Below are positions 38,858 to 49,104 of a stretch of 64,000 nt of DNA, piece after piece. The DNA is from Bacillales bacterium UBA3789. GTDB lineage: Bacteria > Bacillota_I > Bacilli_A > RF39 > UBA660. Numbering within the stretch: the stretch's first letter is position 1; each line of letters begins with the position of its first letter. The notes below the pieces were generated by a model. It worked only from the letters and a program-made list of their open reading frames with translations, did no database searches and was not told the origin of the DNA. The stretch lies in contig DFEZ01000002.1 of NCBI GenBank assembly GCA_002369415.1, positions 185,019 through 249,018 on the forward strand. The letters are read 5' to 3'. A program made the position numbers and the translations under genes.

Positions 38858-40087
38858 TTATCTTAATTTTCCTTTTGCACCTTTCATTCCTTTTACACCA
38901 CCATTATTAGCAAATCCTGCTAAAATGTTTGTTTCAAATGAATGTGTTTTACTAACTCTTTTCTTGTAATCTTTAATACCAATATTAATCATTTCATCTA
39001 ATACATTAGTGAAGTCTACTCCTTTAGCATCCCATAAATAGAAAGCTAAACTTCCTGGTATTGAATTAATTTCATTAATATAAACTTTATTTGTTTTATC
39101 ATCAATTAAGAAATCGATTCTTGAGTTACCTGCACTACCTAATACTTTGAATGCAGTATGAGCTATTTCTTCAATTTCTGTTCTTGTTTTTTCTGGTAGG
39201 TCTGCTGGTACTTTTCTATTAGCAGAAGCCATTCCTTTTGATGAAGTTTTAGCTGGAGCTTTTACGGCTCCTTTCATTTTACCTTTTCCTCCACCAATAT
39301 ATTTATCTTGATATGTTAGGAATTTATTTCCTGATAATACTTCTTCTATTTCACTTAATTTTTGATGTTCATAGTTACCCATTACGGCAATATTTACTTC
39401 TTTTAGATTTTCAACTACTTCTTCTACAATAATCTTACTATCATATTGAATAGCTTCATCTATTCCTTCTAATAATGCTGCTTCATTATCAGCAACACTT
39501 ATACCAACACTTGATCCAGTTGTTGCTGGTTTAACTATTAATGGATATTTTAATTTTGAAATTTTCTTTAATACAGCTTCCCTATCTTGTTTGTAATCTA
39601 CATCATAGAACCAAACATAATCTGTCATAGGAAGACCTGCACCTTTCCATACATCTTTCATGAATGCTTTATCTTGCCCTACAACTGCTCCATATACATC
39701 TGGTCCAACGAATGGAATTCCTATTGTTTGAAGATATCCTTGTAATACTCCATCTTCTACATTTGTACCATGTACAATTGGGAATGCTATATCGATTTCT
39801 CTTACAACACTTTTAAATAATCCTTTTTTCTTTTGTAATACGTAACTTCCATTTTTATAATATAGTACTACATTGCTACTATAATTCTTAATTAAGTTTA
39901 AATCTTGATATACGTCAATATCTCTTAACATATCTCCTGTATACCATTCTCTATCTTTTGTAATATAAATTGGTACTATTTCATATTTATCTTCATCCAT
40001 TTTATTCATGGCTTGAATTGCTGAAATAATACTTACTTCGTGTTCTACTGATTCTCCTCCAAAAATTACACCTACTCTAATTCTCAT
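38858..40087 (-). CDS. ddl: D-alanine--D-alanine ligase with a ~30-aa Gly/Lys-rich insertion
   Basis: ATP-grasp Ddl (MRIRVGVIFGGESVEHEVSIISA...). The extra segment GGGKGKMKGAVKAPAKTSSKGMASANRKVP lies inside the C-terminal domain. Confidence 0.85.
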   Translation of the reverse strand: MRIRVGVIFGGESVEHEVSIISAIQAMNKMDEDKYEIVPIYITKDREWYTGDMLRDIDVYQDLNLIKNYSSNVVLYYKNGSYVLQKKKGLFKSVVREIDIAFPIVHGTNVEDGVLQGYLQTIGIPFVGPDVYGAVVGQDKAFMKDVWKGAGLPMTDYVWFYDVDYKQDREAVLKKISKLKYPLIVKPATTGSSVGISVADNEAALLEGIDEAIQYDSKIIVEEVVENLKEVNIAVMGNYEHQKLSEIEEVLSGNKFLTYQDKYIGGGKGKMKGAVKAPAKTSSKGMASANRKVPADLPEKTRTEIEEIAHTAFKVLGSAGNSRIDFLIDDKTNKVYINEINSIPGSLAFYLWDAKGVDFTNVLDEMINIGIKDYKKRVSKTHSFETNILAGFANNGGVKGMKGAKGKLR

Positions 40088-40099
40088 AATATCACCTTC

Positions 40100-41719
40100 C
40101 TATTTTTCATTAAAAGTATCTGGTAAATCATTTTCAAATAATGCATATACTTCTTCATCTTTTGCTATTTCACCAATAAATGGATAAGCATCTCTAACAT
40201 CATTAAATACTATTATTTTATCTTTGTCAAAGTCCTTTTCTAATAATCCTTCTTTTATTGGTTTTGTTCTTTTTTCTCCAATTAGAACTACGTAATCAGC
40301 AACTTCTGCTATTTGAGTTCCAAATGTTTTATTATACTCTTCTTCTTTATCTCCTAATTCTATCATTCCAGGAGTTACTACTATCTTAGTTCCTGGCATC
40401 ATACCAAGAATTTTACAAGCATTTTCTGCTCCTACAGGATTTGAATTATATGCATCATCTATCATATAGAAGTTATTTATCTTCTTTAATTCTAATCTAT
40501 GTTCTACTGGTTTAACTGTTTTTACTGCTGCGATTAAATCTTCAGTATCTATTCCAAATTCTTTTCCACAGGCAATTGCGGATAAAATATTATATACGTT
40601 ATGATTTCCTAATAATTTTGTTTCAAAGTGATATTTCTTTTCATCACCTTTAAATATTACATCAAATGTTGTTCCTTTATTAGAATATTTAATATTAGTT
40701 GCTCTTACATCAACATCTTCATTATCAATTCCAATCCATAAGATTTTAATTTTATTTTTTAATTCATAACTTACTTGTAGAGGATCATCTCCATTTAATA
40801 CTCCAAATCCATCACTTGGAAGTGACTCTATAAGTTCAAATTTACCTTTTTGAATATTTTCTTGACTACCAAAACTTTCTAGATGAGCTGTTCCAATTCT
40901 AGTTAAGATACCATATTTTGGTTTAACTAATTTACAAAGTCTTCCTATTTCTCCTCTAACATAAGCACCCATTTCTGCAATAAAGATATCTGTAAATTTA
41001 TCTAAATGATTATTAATTGTCATTAATAAACCATTAAATGTATTTAAATTTCTTGGAGTTGGAAGTGCATTATATTTAATATTTAATATATCACTTAATA
41101 TGTTTTTACAACTTGTTTTACCATAACTACCAGTAATACCTATTATTTTTAAATTACTCATTTTCTTTACTTTACTTTGAGCTTGTATTTTAAATTTCAA
41201 ATATATAAGTTTTTCTACTGGTGTATTTATTAACATTGCAATAAATATTACTATTGGATTTAAATATAACATTACACTTTCTATTATGAACATTAACCAA
41301 CATAATTTACTATTATCAATATTAAGTGCCATTAATATTATTGGAATAATATATAAAATAGAAATTGTAAAAATTAATCTTTTTATTCTTGCTGTTACAA
41401 CTAATTTCTTTTTATTTTGATCATTCATTATAGTCTTATTCCAATTGTATCCAATTAATAAACATATTAATGCCATTACTACTAATAAAAGTATTGATAA
41501 CAATTCATAATCAACTATAAATATATAACCTATTACGGCTATTAATATTATTAATAAATCTAGGCTTAAAAAAACTTTTCCATTTTTAAATAACCATTTT
41601 AAATATCTATTGTTTTCATTGTATAAGTTTTGTTGTAACATGTGTAAAAAACGTTTTGATTTATGCACATTAGCATAAATAAAAGCAATTATCAAAATAA
41701 TATATATAAATAAATTCAT
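40100..41719 (-). CDS. murF: MurF-like UDP-MurNAc-pentapeptide-forming Mur ligase with an N-terminal polytopic membrane domain in place of domain 1
   Basis: P-loop GITGSYGKTS at about residue 195, and the Mur-ligase C-terminal signature IDDAYNSNP. The first ~170 aa are 4-5 TM helices. Confidence 0.65.
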   Translation of the reverse strand: MNLFIYIILIIAFIYANVHKSKRFLHMLQQNLYNENNRYLKWLFKNGKVFLSLDLLIILIAVIGYIFIVDYELLSILLLVVMALICLLIGYNWNKTIMNDQNKKKLVVTARIKRLIFTISILYIIPIILMALNIDNSKLCWLMFIIESVMLYLNPIVIFIAMLINTPVEKLIYLKFKIQAQSKVKKMSNLKIIGITGSYGKTSCKNILSDILNIKYNALPTPRNLNTFNGLLMTINNHLDKFTDIFIAEMGAYVRGEIGRLCKLVKPKYGILTRIGTAHLESFGSQENIQKGKFELIESLPSDGFGVLNGDDPLQVSYELKNKIKILWIGIDNEDVDVRATNIKYSNKGTTFDVIFKGDEKKYHFETKLLGNHNVYNILSAIACGKEFGIDTEDLIAAVKTVKPVEHRLELKKINNFYMIDDAYNSNPVGAENACKILGMMPGTKIVVTPGMIELGDKEEEYNKTFGTQIAEVADYVVLIGEKRTKPIKEGLLEKDFDKDKIIVFNDVRDAYPFIGEIAKDEEVYALFENDLPDTFNEK

Positions 41720-41728
41720 GTGTTCCTC

Positions 41729-42448
41729 CTAAAAAAAGTTGTTTAATATATTTACTACTTGTGGTAGATTTTCCAAGTATGCATAGTGTGTTCCAGGAAG
41801 AACTATTAATGCTGCATCTACCATTATCTTTTCTAATTCTTTTGCTTCGCTTAATGGAGCCTCATCATCTTGATCACCCCATATAAGTAAAGTTGGTTCT
41901 TCTATTTCTCTTGCATATTTTGATAAATCCTCATTAACGACTTCTACAAGTGTTTGTCTCATAATTGGACTCGCTGCTTTGTAGTCTCTTGATCCAATAT
42001 ATTTTTTCATGTATTCACCGAAATCATTTAATCCAGGTATTTTCTTTAATCCTTTTAATACTTTTACATGAAATGGCAGTTCTTCATTTATACGAATACA
42101 TGGGCTACCAAATAGTACCAATTTTTCTATTGGGTTTCTTGCACCAAATCTAATTGCAAGTCTTCCTCCAAATGAATGTCCTATTACTATAGGTTTTTTT
42201 ATGTTTAATTCTTTTAAAAATTCTTCTAAAAGTAATTCATATTTATCTATTGTCCATGTTTCTTTTGGTTCTTCACTCTCACCAAAACCTGGTAAATCTA
42301 ATATTGTTATTCTAAATCTATCAGAGAAGTTATCTCCTAATGGTTTCATCATTTCAATATTTTGTCCCCATCCATGTAATAGAATAATATCTTTACCAGT
42401 TCCATATTGGATATAATTTACATTTAAATTATTAATATTAATTTTCAT
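41729..42448 (-). CDS. Alpha/beta-hydrolase fold esterase
   Basis: HGWG oxyanion region and the GHSFGG nucleophile elbow. Confidence 0.7.
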   Translation of the reverse strand: MKININNLNVNYIQYGTGKDIILLHGWGQNIEMMKPLGDNFSDRFRITILDLPGFGESEEPKETWTIDKYELLLEEFLKELNIKKPIVIGHSFGGRLAIRFGARNPIEKLVLFGSPCIRINEELPFHVKVLKGLKKIPGLNDFGEYMKKYIGSRDYKAASPIMRQTLVEVVNEDLSKYAREIEEPTLLIWGDQDDEAPLSEAKELEKIMVDAALIVLPGTHYAYLENLPQVVNILNNFF

Positions 42449-42571
42449 TAAATCACTCCGACTTAATTATAACACAACTACATTGAAATATTGATAAAAT
42501 AAAGACTTTTGACACTATATTACTTTATTATAAAAAATTATTCCGTAAATTTTTGTAAATAAAAAGAGAGC

Positions 42572-43363
42572 TTATTTTCTCTCTATTGAATATAATTTGT
42601 ATCCATTAACATCTAAATTAAATGTATATAGATAAGTTTTCATCTTTGATGCAGTTTTTGCAAATACTTCATCAACACTTAATACTCCATTTTTTAGATT
42701 TAATGTAATTAGTTTTTCTTTCTTATCTCTTGCTTTATAAATATTGGCTCTTGAATATGTTTTTCCATCTCCTGATAATTCATATTCAACATAGAATACT
42801 TTTCTAGTAACTAATATAGTATCATTTTCTATTGTTGTTGATATATTTCTTGCAATATATGCTGGTGCATATGCACTAGTTGGTGCTGGTATTTTATATG
42901 TATATAATTTAGTTGTTTCATCATAGTTAAAAATATATGATGTTCCTGCAGTTACAGTTCCAGCTTTATATTTGGCATTTGTTCCAAATAAATTATTTAA
43001 GTTACTTTTTACTTTAGATTCAGAAATATATTGTTCTGTATCAGAGCAAATCATATCATCATACATAGCAGCATATAATAATTGACTAGTTTCTAATTCT
43101 GATACTTTTGATAATCTTTTTGGTAACTCATATAAATAACCAAAATAAGTAGAATTAGAATCTCCATAAGCTCTATCTAACTTTTCTATTACAATTCCAG
43201 TTTCAAATAAATCATTTACATCTATTGGAACATCATTAATTACTGTTTTTGCACTTTCTTCATTAAAGTATTGTAAATAAACCTTATCATAGGCAATATA
43301 TCCACCTAATGCTAATACTAATAATACAAGTATTACTATTGTTAAAACTACCTTTTTATTCAT
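42572..43363 (-). CDS. Hypothetical exported/anchored protein
   Basis: N-terminal TM or signal sequence, no recognisable domain. A terminator hairpin (AGAGAG...CTCTCT) follows. Confidence 0.4.
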   Translation of the reverse strand: MNKKVVLTIVILVLLVLALGGYIAYDKVYLQYFNEESAKTVINDVPIDVNDLFETGIVIEKLDRAYGDSNSTYFGYLYELPKRLSKVSELETSQLLYAAMYDDMICSDTEQYISESKVKSNLNNLFGTNAKYKAGTVTAGTSYIFNYDETTKLYTYKIPAPTSAYAPAYIARNISTTIENDTILVTRKVFYVEYELSGDGKTYSRANIYKARDKKEKLITLNLKNGVLSVDEVFAKTASKMKTYLYTFNLDVNGYKLYSIERK

Positions 43364-43465
43364 ATTATCATGCTCCTTATTCTATGATAATTATAGTTCA
43401 CTAAATTAAATTATTCAAGTTTATTTTATTAATAGTTCGTGATATACTCTTTCTAGGAGAGTGAA

Positions 43466-44494
43466 ATGATGAAGATAGGAAAGATTATTGCTGTTATAAT
43501 TATATTTTTATTAATTATTGGATTAACTATATATGGTTTTTCTATTAATAATACAGAAATTAGTAAAGATATCACTTATGTAAAACATACAACTAGAATG
43601 CAAGATGAATTTGATAAATTAGGAGAAAAATATATTGTAATTAACGACATGGAGGATTTCAATAAATATGTAAAGACTAAAAAAATAAAACCTGATTTTA
43701 GTAATTATAAATATGTTTATTTTCAAATTGGATTTGATACTTGTAGTGAAGATAATATTAATCCAACTAGTTATGTAATAAAAAATAGAGAACTAAAGAT
43801 TACTGTAAAATATGAAAGAAGTTGTGGACTATGTCCAATAAGTGATTATCAATATTACCTTTTAAAAATAGATAAAGATCAATATGTTAATGATGTTGTT
43901 TTCGACTATAAAGCAATTAATGATCCTCATTGTGATCCTAATGTTGCTTATAAGCCTATTATTTATTTATATCCAACTAATGAAGAGAATGTTACTGTTA
44001 AATTAGGAAATAGTAATTACTTAACTCATACATATCCTAAGTATAATAATTCTTGGAATGTATATGCTTATCCTGATGGTAAATTAATTGATAATAATAC
44101 TGGTAGAGAATTATATGGATTATACTGGGAAGGAAATAATCATTATAGTAAAGTAACTGATGAAGGATTTGTTGTTAAGGGAGAAGACACTTCTAAATTC
44201 TTAGAAGATAAATTAAGTATTCTTGGATTAACTGAAAGAGAAGCAGATGAATTTATAATATACTGGTTACCTATTTTAGAAGAGAATAATTATAACTATA
44301 TTAGATTTGAAACTATAGATGAAATTAATAGTTATATGCCACTTGATATTAATCCTAAACCAGATTCAGTTATTAGAGTATTAATGGATTATAAACCATT
44401 AAATAAAAAAATAAATGTAAAAGAACAAGTATTAGAAACTCCCGAAAGGAATGGCTTCACTGTTGTTGAATGGGGAGGATCATTAATCAAATAA
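43466..44494 (+). CDS. Hypothetical exported/anchored protein
   Basis: N-terminal TM helix, 342 aa. A bidirectional terminator (AGACCA-ATTAAA-TGGTCT) follows. Confidence 0.4.
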   Translation: MMKIGKIIAVIIIFLLIIGLTIYGFSINNTEISKDITYVKHTTRMQDEFDKLGEKYIVINDMEDFNKYVKTKKIKPDFSNYKYVYFQIGFDTCSEDNINPTSYVIKNRELKITVKYERSCGLCPISDYQYYLLKIDKDQYVNDVVFDYKAINDPHCDPNVAYKPIIYLYPTNEENVTVKLGNSNYLTHTYPKYNNSWNVYAYPDGKLIDNNTGRELYGLYWEGNNHYSKVTDEGFVVKGEDTSKFLEDKLSILGLTEREADEFIIYWLPILEENNYNYIRFETIDEINSYMPLDINPKPDSVIRVLMDYKPLNKKINVKEQVLETPERNGFTVVEWGGSLIK

Positions 44495-44518
44495 AAAAAG
44501 ACCAATTAAATGGTCTTT

Positions 44519-44911
44519 TTATTTTACTCTAAATGTTTTAATATCTTCTGAATCAGTTTCAAAAGCAACATACCCTTTTACTGATTCTTCTTTTAGAACA
44601 GTTGTATCTAGTCTTTTACTTGAATATCCTGTAATTGATAATATTGTATCAGATGCCCCTATAGAATTACATGCGATTTCTTTATCATTACTATCATAGA
44701 TACATAATTTCGTTGTATATAGATTTACATCTTCTTTTGAATTATTTGTTATTATTATTTTTACAAGAGCATATGTTTTTCCATCTATTATTACTCCTGT
44801 TTCATTTCCTTCTGTTTCCCATACTAGTTTACTATATGGATTTTCTTCTTTGTTAAAACAACCTGTTATTAATAATGGAATAATTAATAATAAAAGTATT
44901 ATCTTTTTCAT
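44519..44911 (-). CDS. Small lipoprotein (DUF4352-like beta-sandwich)
   Basis: Signal peptide with lipobox LITGC. Start taken at MKKIILL. Confidence 0.45.
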   Translation of the reverse strand: MKKIILLLLIIPLLITGCFNKEENPYSKLVWETEGNETGVIIDGKTYALVKIIITNNSKEDVNLYTTKLCIYDSNDKEIACNSIGASDTILSITGYSSKRLDTTVLKEESVKGYVAFETDSEDIKTFRVK

Positions 44912-44927
44912 ATTATCACCAATATTA

Positions 44928-45554
44928 TTATAACTCAGGAATTGTTTTATCTTCAAATAAAACATCTTTTTTTATTTCTGTATTTTTCTTTTTACATAGT
45001 TCAGCATATTTATCATCCCAAGATAATCTATATGAATCTTCATATTTTAAATTTAATAATTTAACATATTTATCAATTATTTCTTCTTGATTAGAATCTT
45101 TTTTGCTTTCTATTTCTAAAGCTATTCCAAATGGATATTCATCTACTGATATTTCTACTTCATCATTAATAAAATTATTTCTATATCTTTCATATGATTC
45201 TACTCTATTCATTTTTAATACATTTTCTACTACGTAAATAAAATTATCAAAGTCTTCTGGATTAATTCTTGTTTCTTTTTCTTCTTCTTTATTTATTTTT
45301 CCTTTACTAGTATCTTTTAATCTTCTTTTCCAACTAAGCATACTTTTATTTACATTATCACCTTTAGTAATTCTTAATCTAAATCTTCCATCTATTTCTT
45401 TACTATAGAAATCATTATTTGGATCAGTTGTATTATATTGAATAGTTTTTTCATAGAATCTTCCACTATATTTTAATTCTTTTATTTCTTTTAATTTATT
45501 TAATATTTCATTTAATTCTTTTTTACTAAAATAAAATCTAATTTCGTATTCCAT
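44928..45554 (-). CDS. CYTH-like (triphosphate tunnel metalloenzyme / CyaB-like) domain protein
   Basis: N-terminal YEIRFYF (an ExExK-like motif), then FRLR and EYPFG motifs. Confidence 0.45.
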   Translation of the reverse strand: MEYEIRFYFSKKELNEILNKLKEIKELKYSGRFYEKTIQYNTTDPNNDFYSKEIDGRFRLRITKGDNVNKSMLSWKRRLKDTSKGKINKEEEKETRINPEDFDNFIYVVENVLKMNRVESYERYRNNFINDEVEISVDEYPFGIALEIESKKDSNQEEIIDKYVKLLNLKYEDSYRLSWDDKYAELCKKKNTEIKKDVLFEDKTIPEL

Positions 45555-46236
45555 TTTCTCTCCTTTTAATTAATTGTTTTCCTTTAGGTGGATTATAAAT
45601 ATATCCTTCTATATTATTTCTATCTTCTCTATCTATCAATCTTATAGAACAATTACCCATTGTTGGTTCTTCACTATACCACTTTGGTGAATAGTGAAAG
45701 AAATTCATTACTAATGTTTTTATTACTGTTCCATGAGATACAACAAATATGGTATCTTCTTTATCTCTATAAATTGTTTCTAAGAATTGTCTTGTTCTTA
45801 AAGCAACATCAAATGGTGCTTCTCCTTGAGGAAGTCTTGCGTAGAATTTCCCTTCATTTTGATAATAGTTATCATAATGTTGAAATTGATCTGGATATAG
45901 TTTTCTAATTAAATCAATTTCTTTATCACTAAATAATCCATATCTTTGTTCTACTAATGCATAATCTTCTTTTACTCTTGGAATATGTAATTCACCATTT
46001 ATTATTTCTGCAGTTTCTCTTGTTCTTGTATATGGACTTACCCACATTACTGAGTTAGATAAATCTATACCTTCTTCTTCAATATATTGTCTTAGAAACT
46101 CCCCTGCTTCTTGTGCTTCTGCTTTTCCTTTTTCTGTTAGATATACTTTATGATCAGGTAGTCCTATCTCATAATTTTCTTTTGTATTTTGCATTGATTC
46201 TCCATGTCTTATTAAAAACATTTTCATATGCATCAC
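45538..46236 (-). CDS. Histidine-phosphatase (phosphoglycerate mutase family) protein
   Basis: The RHG catalytic motif as LIRHGESMQN, and the downstream SHG region. Confidence 0.75.
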   Translation of the reverse strand: MMHMKMFLIRHGESMQNTKENYEIGLPDHKVYLTEKGKAEAQEAGEFLRQYIEEEGIDLSNSVMWVSPYTRTRETAEIINGELHIPRVKEDYALVEQRYGLFSDKEIDLIRKLYPDQFQHYDNYYQNEGKFYARLPQGEAPFDVALRTRQFLETIYRDKEDTIFVVSHGTVIKTLVMNFFHYSPKWYSEEPTMGNCSIRLIDREDRNNIEGYIYNPPKGKQLIKRRENGIRN

Positions 46237-46312
46237 CTATAGTTATTATATCAGGTTTTACTTAAATTAAATAATATGTTATAATACACCCTATAAAAAG
46301 TGGGGTGATTAA

Positions 46313-47287
46313 ATGGAAAAGAAGAAGTTAATTTTACCTACACTATCTTTATCAGCTTTATTAATAGCTGGTTCTATTACATATGATGCCCATCATCTTT
46401 TTAATAGATATCCTGCTGACTTTTGTGAAGATAATGTGGACTTTTACAGTGAAGAAATTTTTCCTGATGCAATAGAAGATAATCTTCAATATACATTAAA
46501 TCACTCTAATTTTGTTCCACAAGGATTAAGTGTTTCAGATGATTATTTCTTTATATCAATGTATGACTTTCAACATGAATTTAATTCAATGATTAATGTT
46601 TATGATAAAGAAGGTAATCTTGTTAATAGTTGTGAATTACGTAATAAAGCACATGTTGGTGGTATTTCATATGATAAGGAACATCAACTATTATGGGTTT
46701 CATCTTTTTTAGGACATGTAGATGCTTATAGATTATATGATCTTACTCATAAAGAACAAGTTTATCCTTTATATAAAGATTTATATTTAGGTAGAGATTT
46801 AAGAAGTTATAATAGACCTTTTGAAACTGCTGTTTCATATTTAGCTTATGATGATGGTTCATTATATGTTGGGAATTTTACTTTAAATAATAAAGGTACT
46901 GTTAAAAGATTTAAAGTTGATATTGGTACTGATAGAATTGTTAGACTTAAGGAAGAAGGAAGATTTAAAGTACCTAATTTAGTACAAGGAATATCTTTCT
47001 ATAAAAATGAAGATACTAAATATATGATATTAAGTAGATCTTGTGGTATTGATGTTCCATCTATTATTCAAATATATAAATATGATGATAGTATAGATGA
47101 TTATACTAATCCTCTACTAAACTCGAAAGCATTTTATTTTTCTCCTATGATAGAACAAATATCAACTGATGATGATACTTTATATTCATTATATGAATCA
47201 CAAGCTACTCCATATAGAGATAAGTCTGAAGAAGAAAAGACATTGAGAAAAACTAATATAAATGATTTATTAAATTATATGAAATAA
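46313..47287 (+). CDS. Hypothetical secreted protein
   Basis: N-terminal signal/TM sequence, 324 aa. A terminator (AACAAGAT-TTA-ATCTTGTT) follows. Confidence 0.4.
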   Translation: MEKKKLILPTLSLSALLIAGSITYDAHHLFNRYPADFCEDNVDFYSEEIFPDAIEDNLQYTLNHSNFVPQGLSVSDDYFFISMYDFQHEFNSMINVYDKEGNLVNSCELRNKAHVGGISYDKEHQLLWVSSFLGHVDAYRLYDLTHKEQVYPLYKDLYLGRDLRSYNRPFETAVSYLAYDDGSLYVGNFTLNNKGTVKRFKVDIGTDRIVRLKEEGRFKVPNLVQGISFYKNEDTKYMILSRSCGIDVPSIIQIYKYDDSIDDYTNPLLNSKAFYFSPMIEQISTDDDTLYSLYESQATPYRDKSEEEKTLRKTNINDLLNYMK

Positions 47288-47309
47288 AAAACAAGATTTA
47301 ATCTTGTTT

Positions 47310-48977
47310 TTATTTTGGTAATATTAGTTTTGTTATTTCAGGATTATTTGTTAATAATCTTACTCCTCTATTTACATCTATATATCTTGGTCTTATGCCA
47401 CATTCCTTACATAATAATTCTCCAGGCATAATATCCCATGGCTTTTTAGATGAAATAATTAATCCATCAGTTTTACCTGTACATAGATTAGTATAAGAAA
47501 CACAACATGTATTTATATATTCTACGTCAGCAACTTTTAATACATTGCCATCCATAAGTTTCTTTAAACATAATATTTTTGCTTTAGGTGATTTATAAAT
47601 TGATCCACCAAATTCAATTACTGTTTGATTTATTGGAACAATATTTGGAGTAAATAATCTATTATTATTTAGATATGCTCCTATATTTTCACCAGCATAA
47701 TATAATTCATTCTTTTCAGGTAAGTATATTACTGCAAACCTTGTCTTTTTCTTATCATAGAAAGCTAATTGAATACCCCACATACCATCTTTTTTTATGT
47801 AATGGTTTGTTCCATCCATTGGATCTATTACCCATGTTCTATCTTTTAGAGAGTTTCCTGGATAATTTTCTTCTGTAACAAAATGATCTCTTGGATATTT
47901 ATCTTTAATTTTAGATATTAAATATCTTTCTATTGTTAAGTCTGATTCTGTAAGTAATGTTGAATCTGGTTTATTAGCAATCTTGATATTTTGAGAATAT
48001 CTTACTAATTCATATGAATCTTTTACTATTTCTAATGCATAATTTAGTTCTTTACTATAATGGAAATCTTGATTTCTCATATTTCTTATGAATAAATCTA
48101 AATCTTCTTTATAAGGCATTCCTGCTTGAGCAGTCTTCTTCATTAATTTCATTGTAGATGCATACATTGCTTTTCTAAGTGCATGTTGCAAGTCTAATCC
48201 TTCTACTAAGAAAGCTGTTAAGTTACCATTTAATGTATCTCCTGCTCCTGTTGTATCAACAACATCTACTTTAATTGCAGGCATTGCGATTACTTTTTCT
48301 CCATCATAATAAATTAATCCATCTGCTCCTAAAGTTACTATTAATTTATTTGGATATTTTTTAACACACTCTTCTATATCTTCTGTACCAAATATTGTGA
48401 TACATTCTTTTTTGTTACAAGTAATCATAGTAATTTTATCAATTAATTCTAAATTACCTTCATCGGATATTTTTAATTTATCTGGTCTACATGGAGTTAA
48501 TATTAATGTCTTATTATTTTCATAACAGAAGTTTATTAAAGCAATTGTTACTTCTTTTGGGCATTTTAATTGACAAACTATTATTTTAGAACTTAATAAT
48601 ACGTCTCTATTGTTTTCAATCATATCAGGAGTAAAACTATCTATTGCTCCTGTAATTCTTTCCATATTATTATCTTTATCATTTATATCAACATAAATAT
48701 TACATGAGTCATTATTTAATCCATCTACCATTTCAATATGTGATGTATCTACTCCATTTATGTTTAAATTGTCTAATATTCTTTTTCCGATTTCATCTTT
48801 TCCAAGTCTTGAAATCATAGTTACTCTTGCGCCTGCACGTGATGCAGCAACAGCTTGATTAGAACCTTTTCCTCCGGGTGCAATACTATTAGGTACTTTA
48901 TCATAACTACCATCTACATTTTGGAAAAAAGTTTGATCTAGAGAACATCCTCCAAATACACAGATATCATATTTCAT
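47310..48977 (-). CDS. Bifunctional fusion of a PfkB/ribokinase-family sugar kinase with an inositol-monophosphatase-family (IMPase/CysQ-like) phosphatase
   Basis: N-terminal half: GGKGSNQAVAASRAG and DTTGAGDTL. C-terminal half: WVIDPMDGT and the metal-binding region. Confidence 0.7.
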   Translation of the reverse strand: MKYDICVFGGCSLDQTFFQNVDGSYDKVPNSIAPGGKGSNQAVAASRAGARVTMISRLGKDEIGKRILDNLNINGVDTSHIEMVDGLNNDSCNIYVDINDKDNNMERITGAIDSFTPDMIENNRDVLLSSKIIVCQLKCPKEVTIALINFCYENNKTLILTPCRPDKLKISDEGNLELIDKITMITCNKKECITIFGTEDIEECVKKYPNKLIVTLGADGLIYYDGEKVIAMPAIKVDVVDTTGAGDTLNGNLTAFLVEGLDLQHALRKAMYASTMKLMKKTAQAGMPYKEDLDLFIRNMRNQDFHYSKELNYALEIVKDSYELVRYSQNIKIANKPDSTLLTESDLTIERYLISKIKDKYPRDHFVTEENYPGNSLKDRTWVIDPMDGTNHYIKKDGMWGIQLAFYDKKKTRFAVIYLPEKNELYYAGENIGAYLNNNRLFTPNIVPINQTVIEFGGSIYKSPKAKILCLKKLMDGNVLKVADVEYINTCCVSYTNLCTGKTDGLIISSKKPWDIMPGELLCKECGIRPRYIDVNRGVRLLTNNPEITKLILPK

Positions 48978-49104
48978 AAATATCCTCCTATTATCATGTT
49001 CATTTTATATTATATATCTAAAAAATAATAGTTGTAAACTATTATAATATCGCTATAAATTTTCTAAGATGTTGTGATAAAATAATAACAAGAGGTACAA
49101 TGAA

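Noticed and set aside
38672-38866. 64-aa plus-strand ORF after the tRNA-Lys terminator
   Set aside because: It lies downstream of a strong terminator, has no RBS, and its composition is hydrophobic low-complexity.
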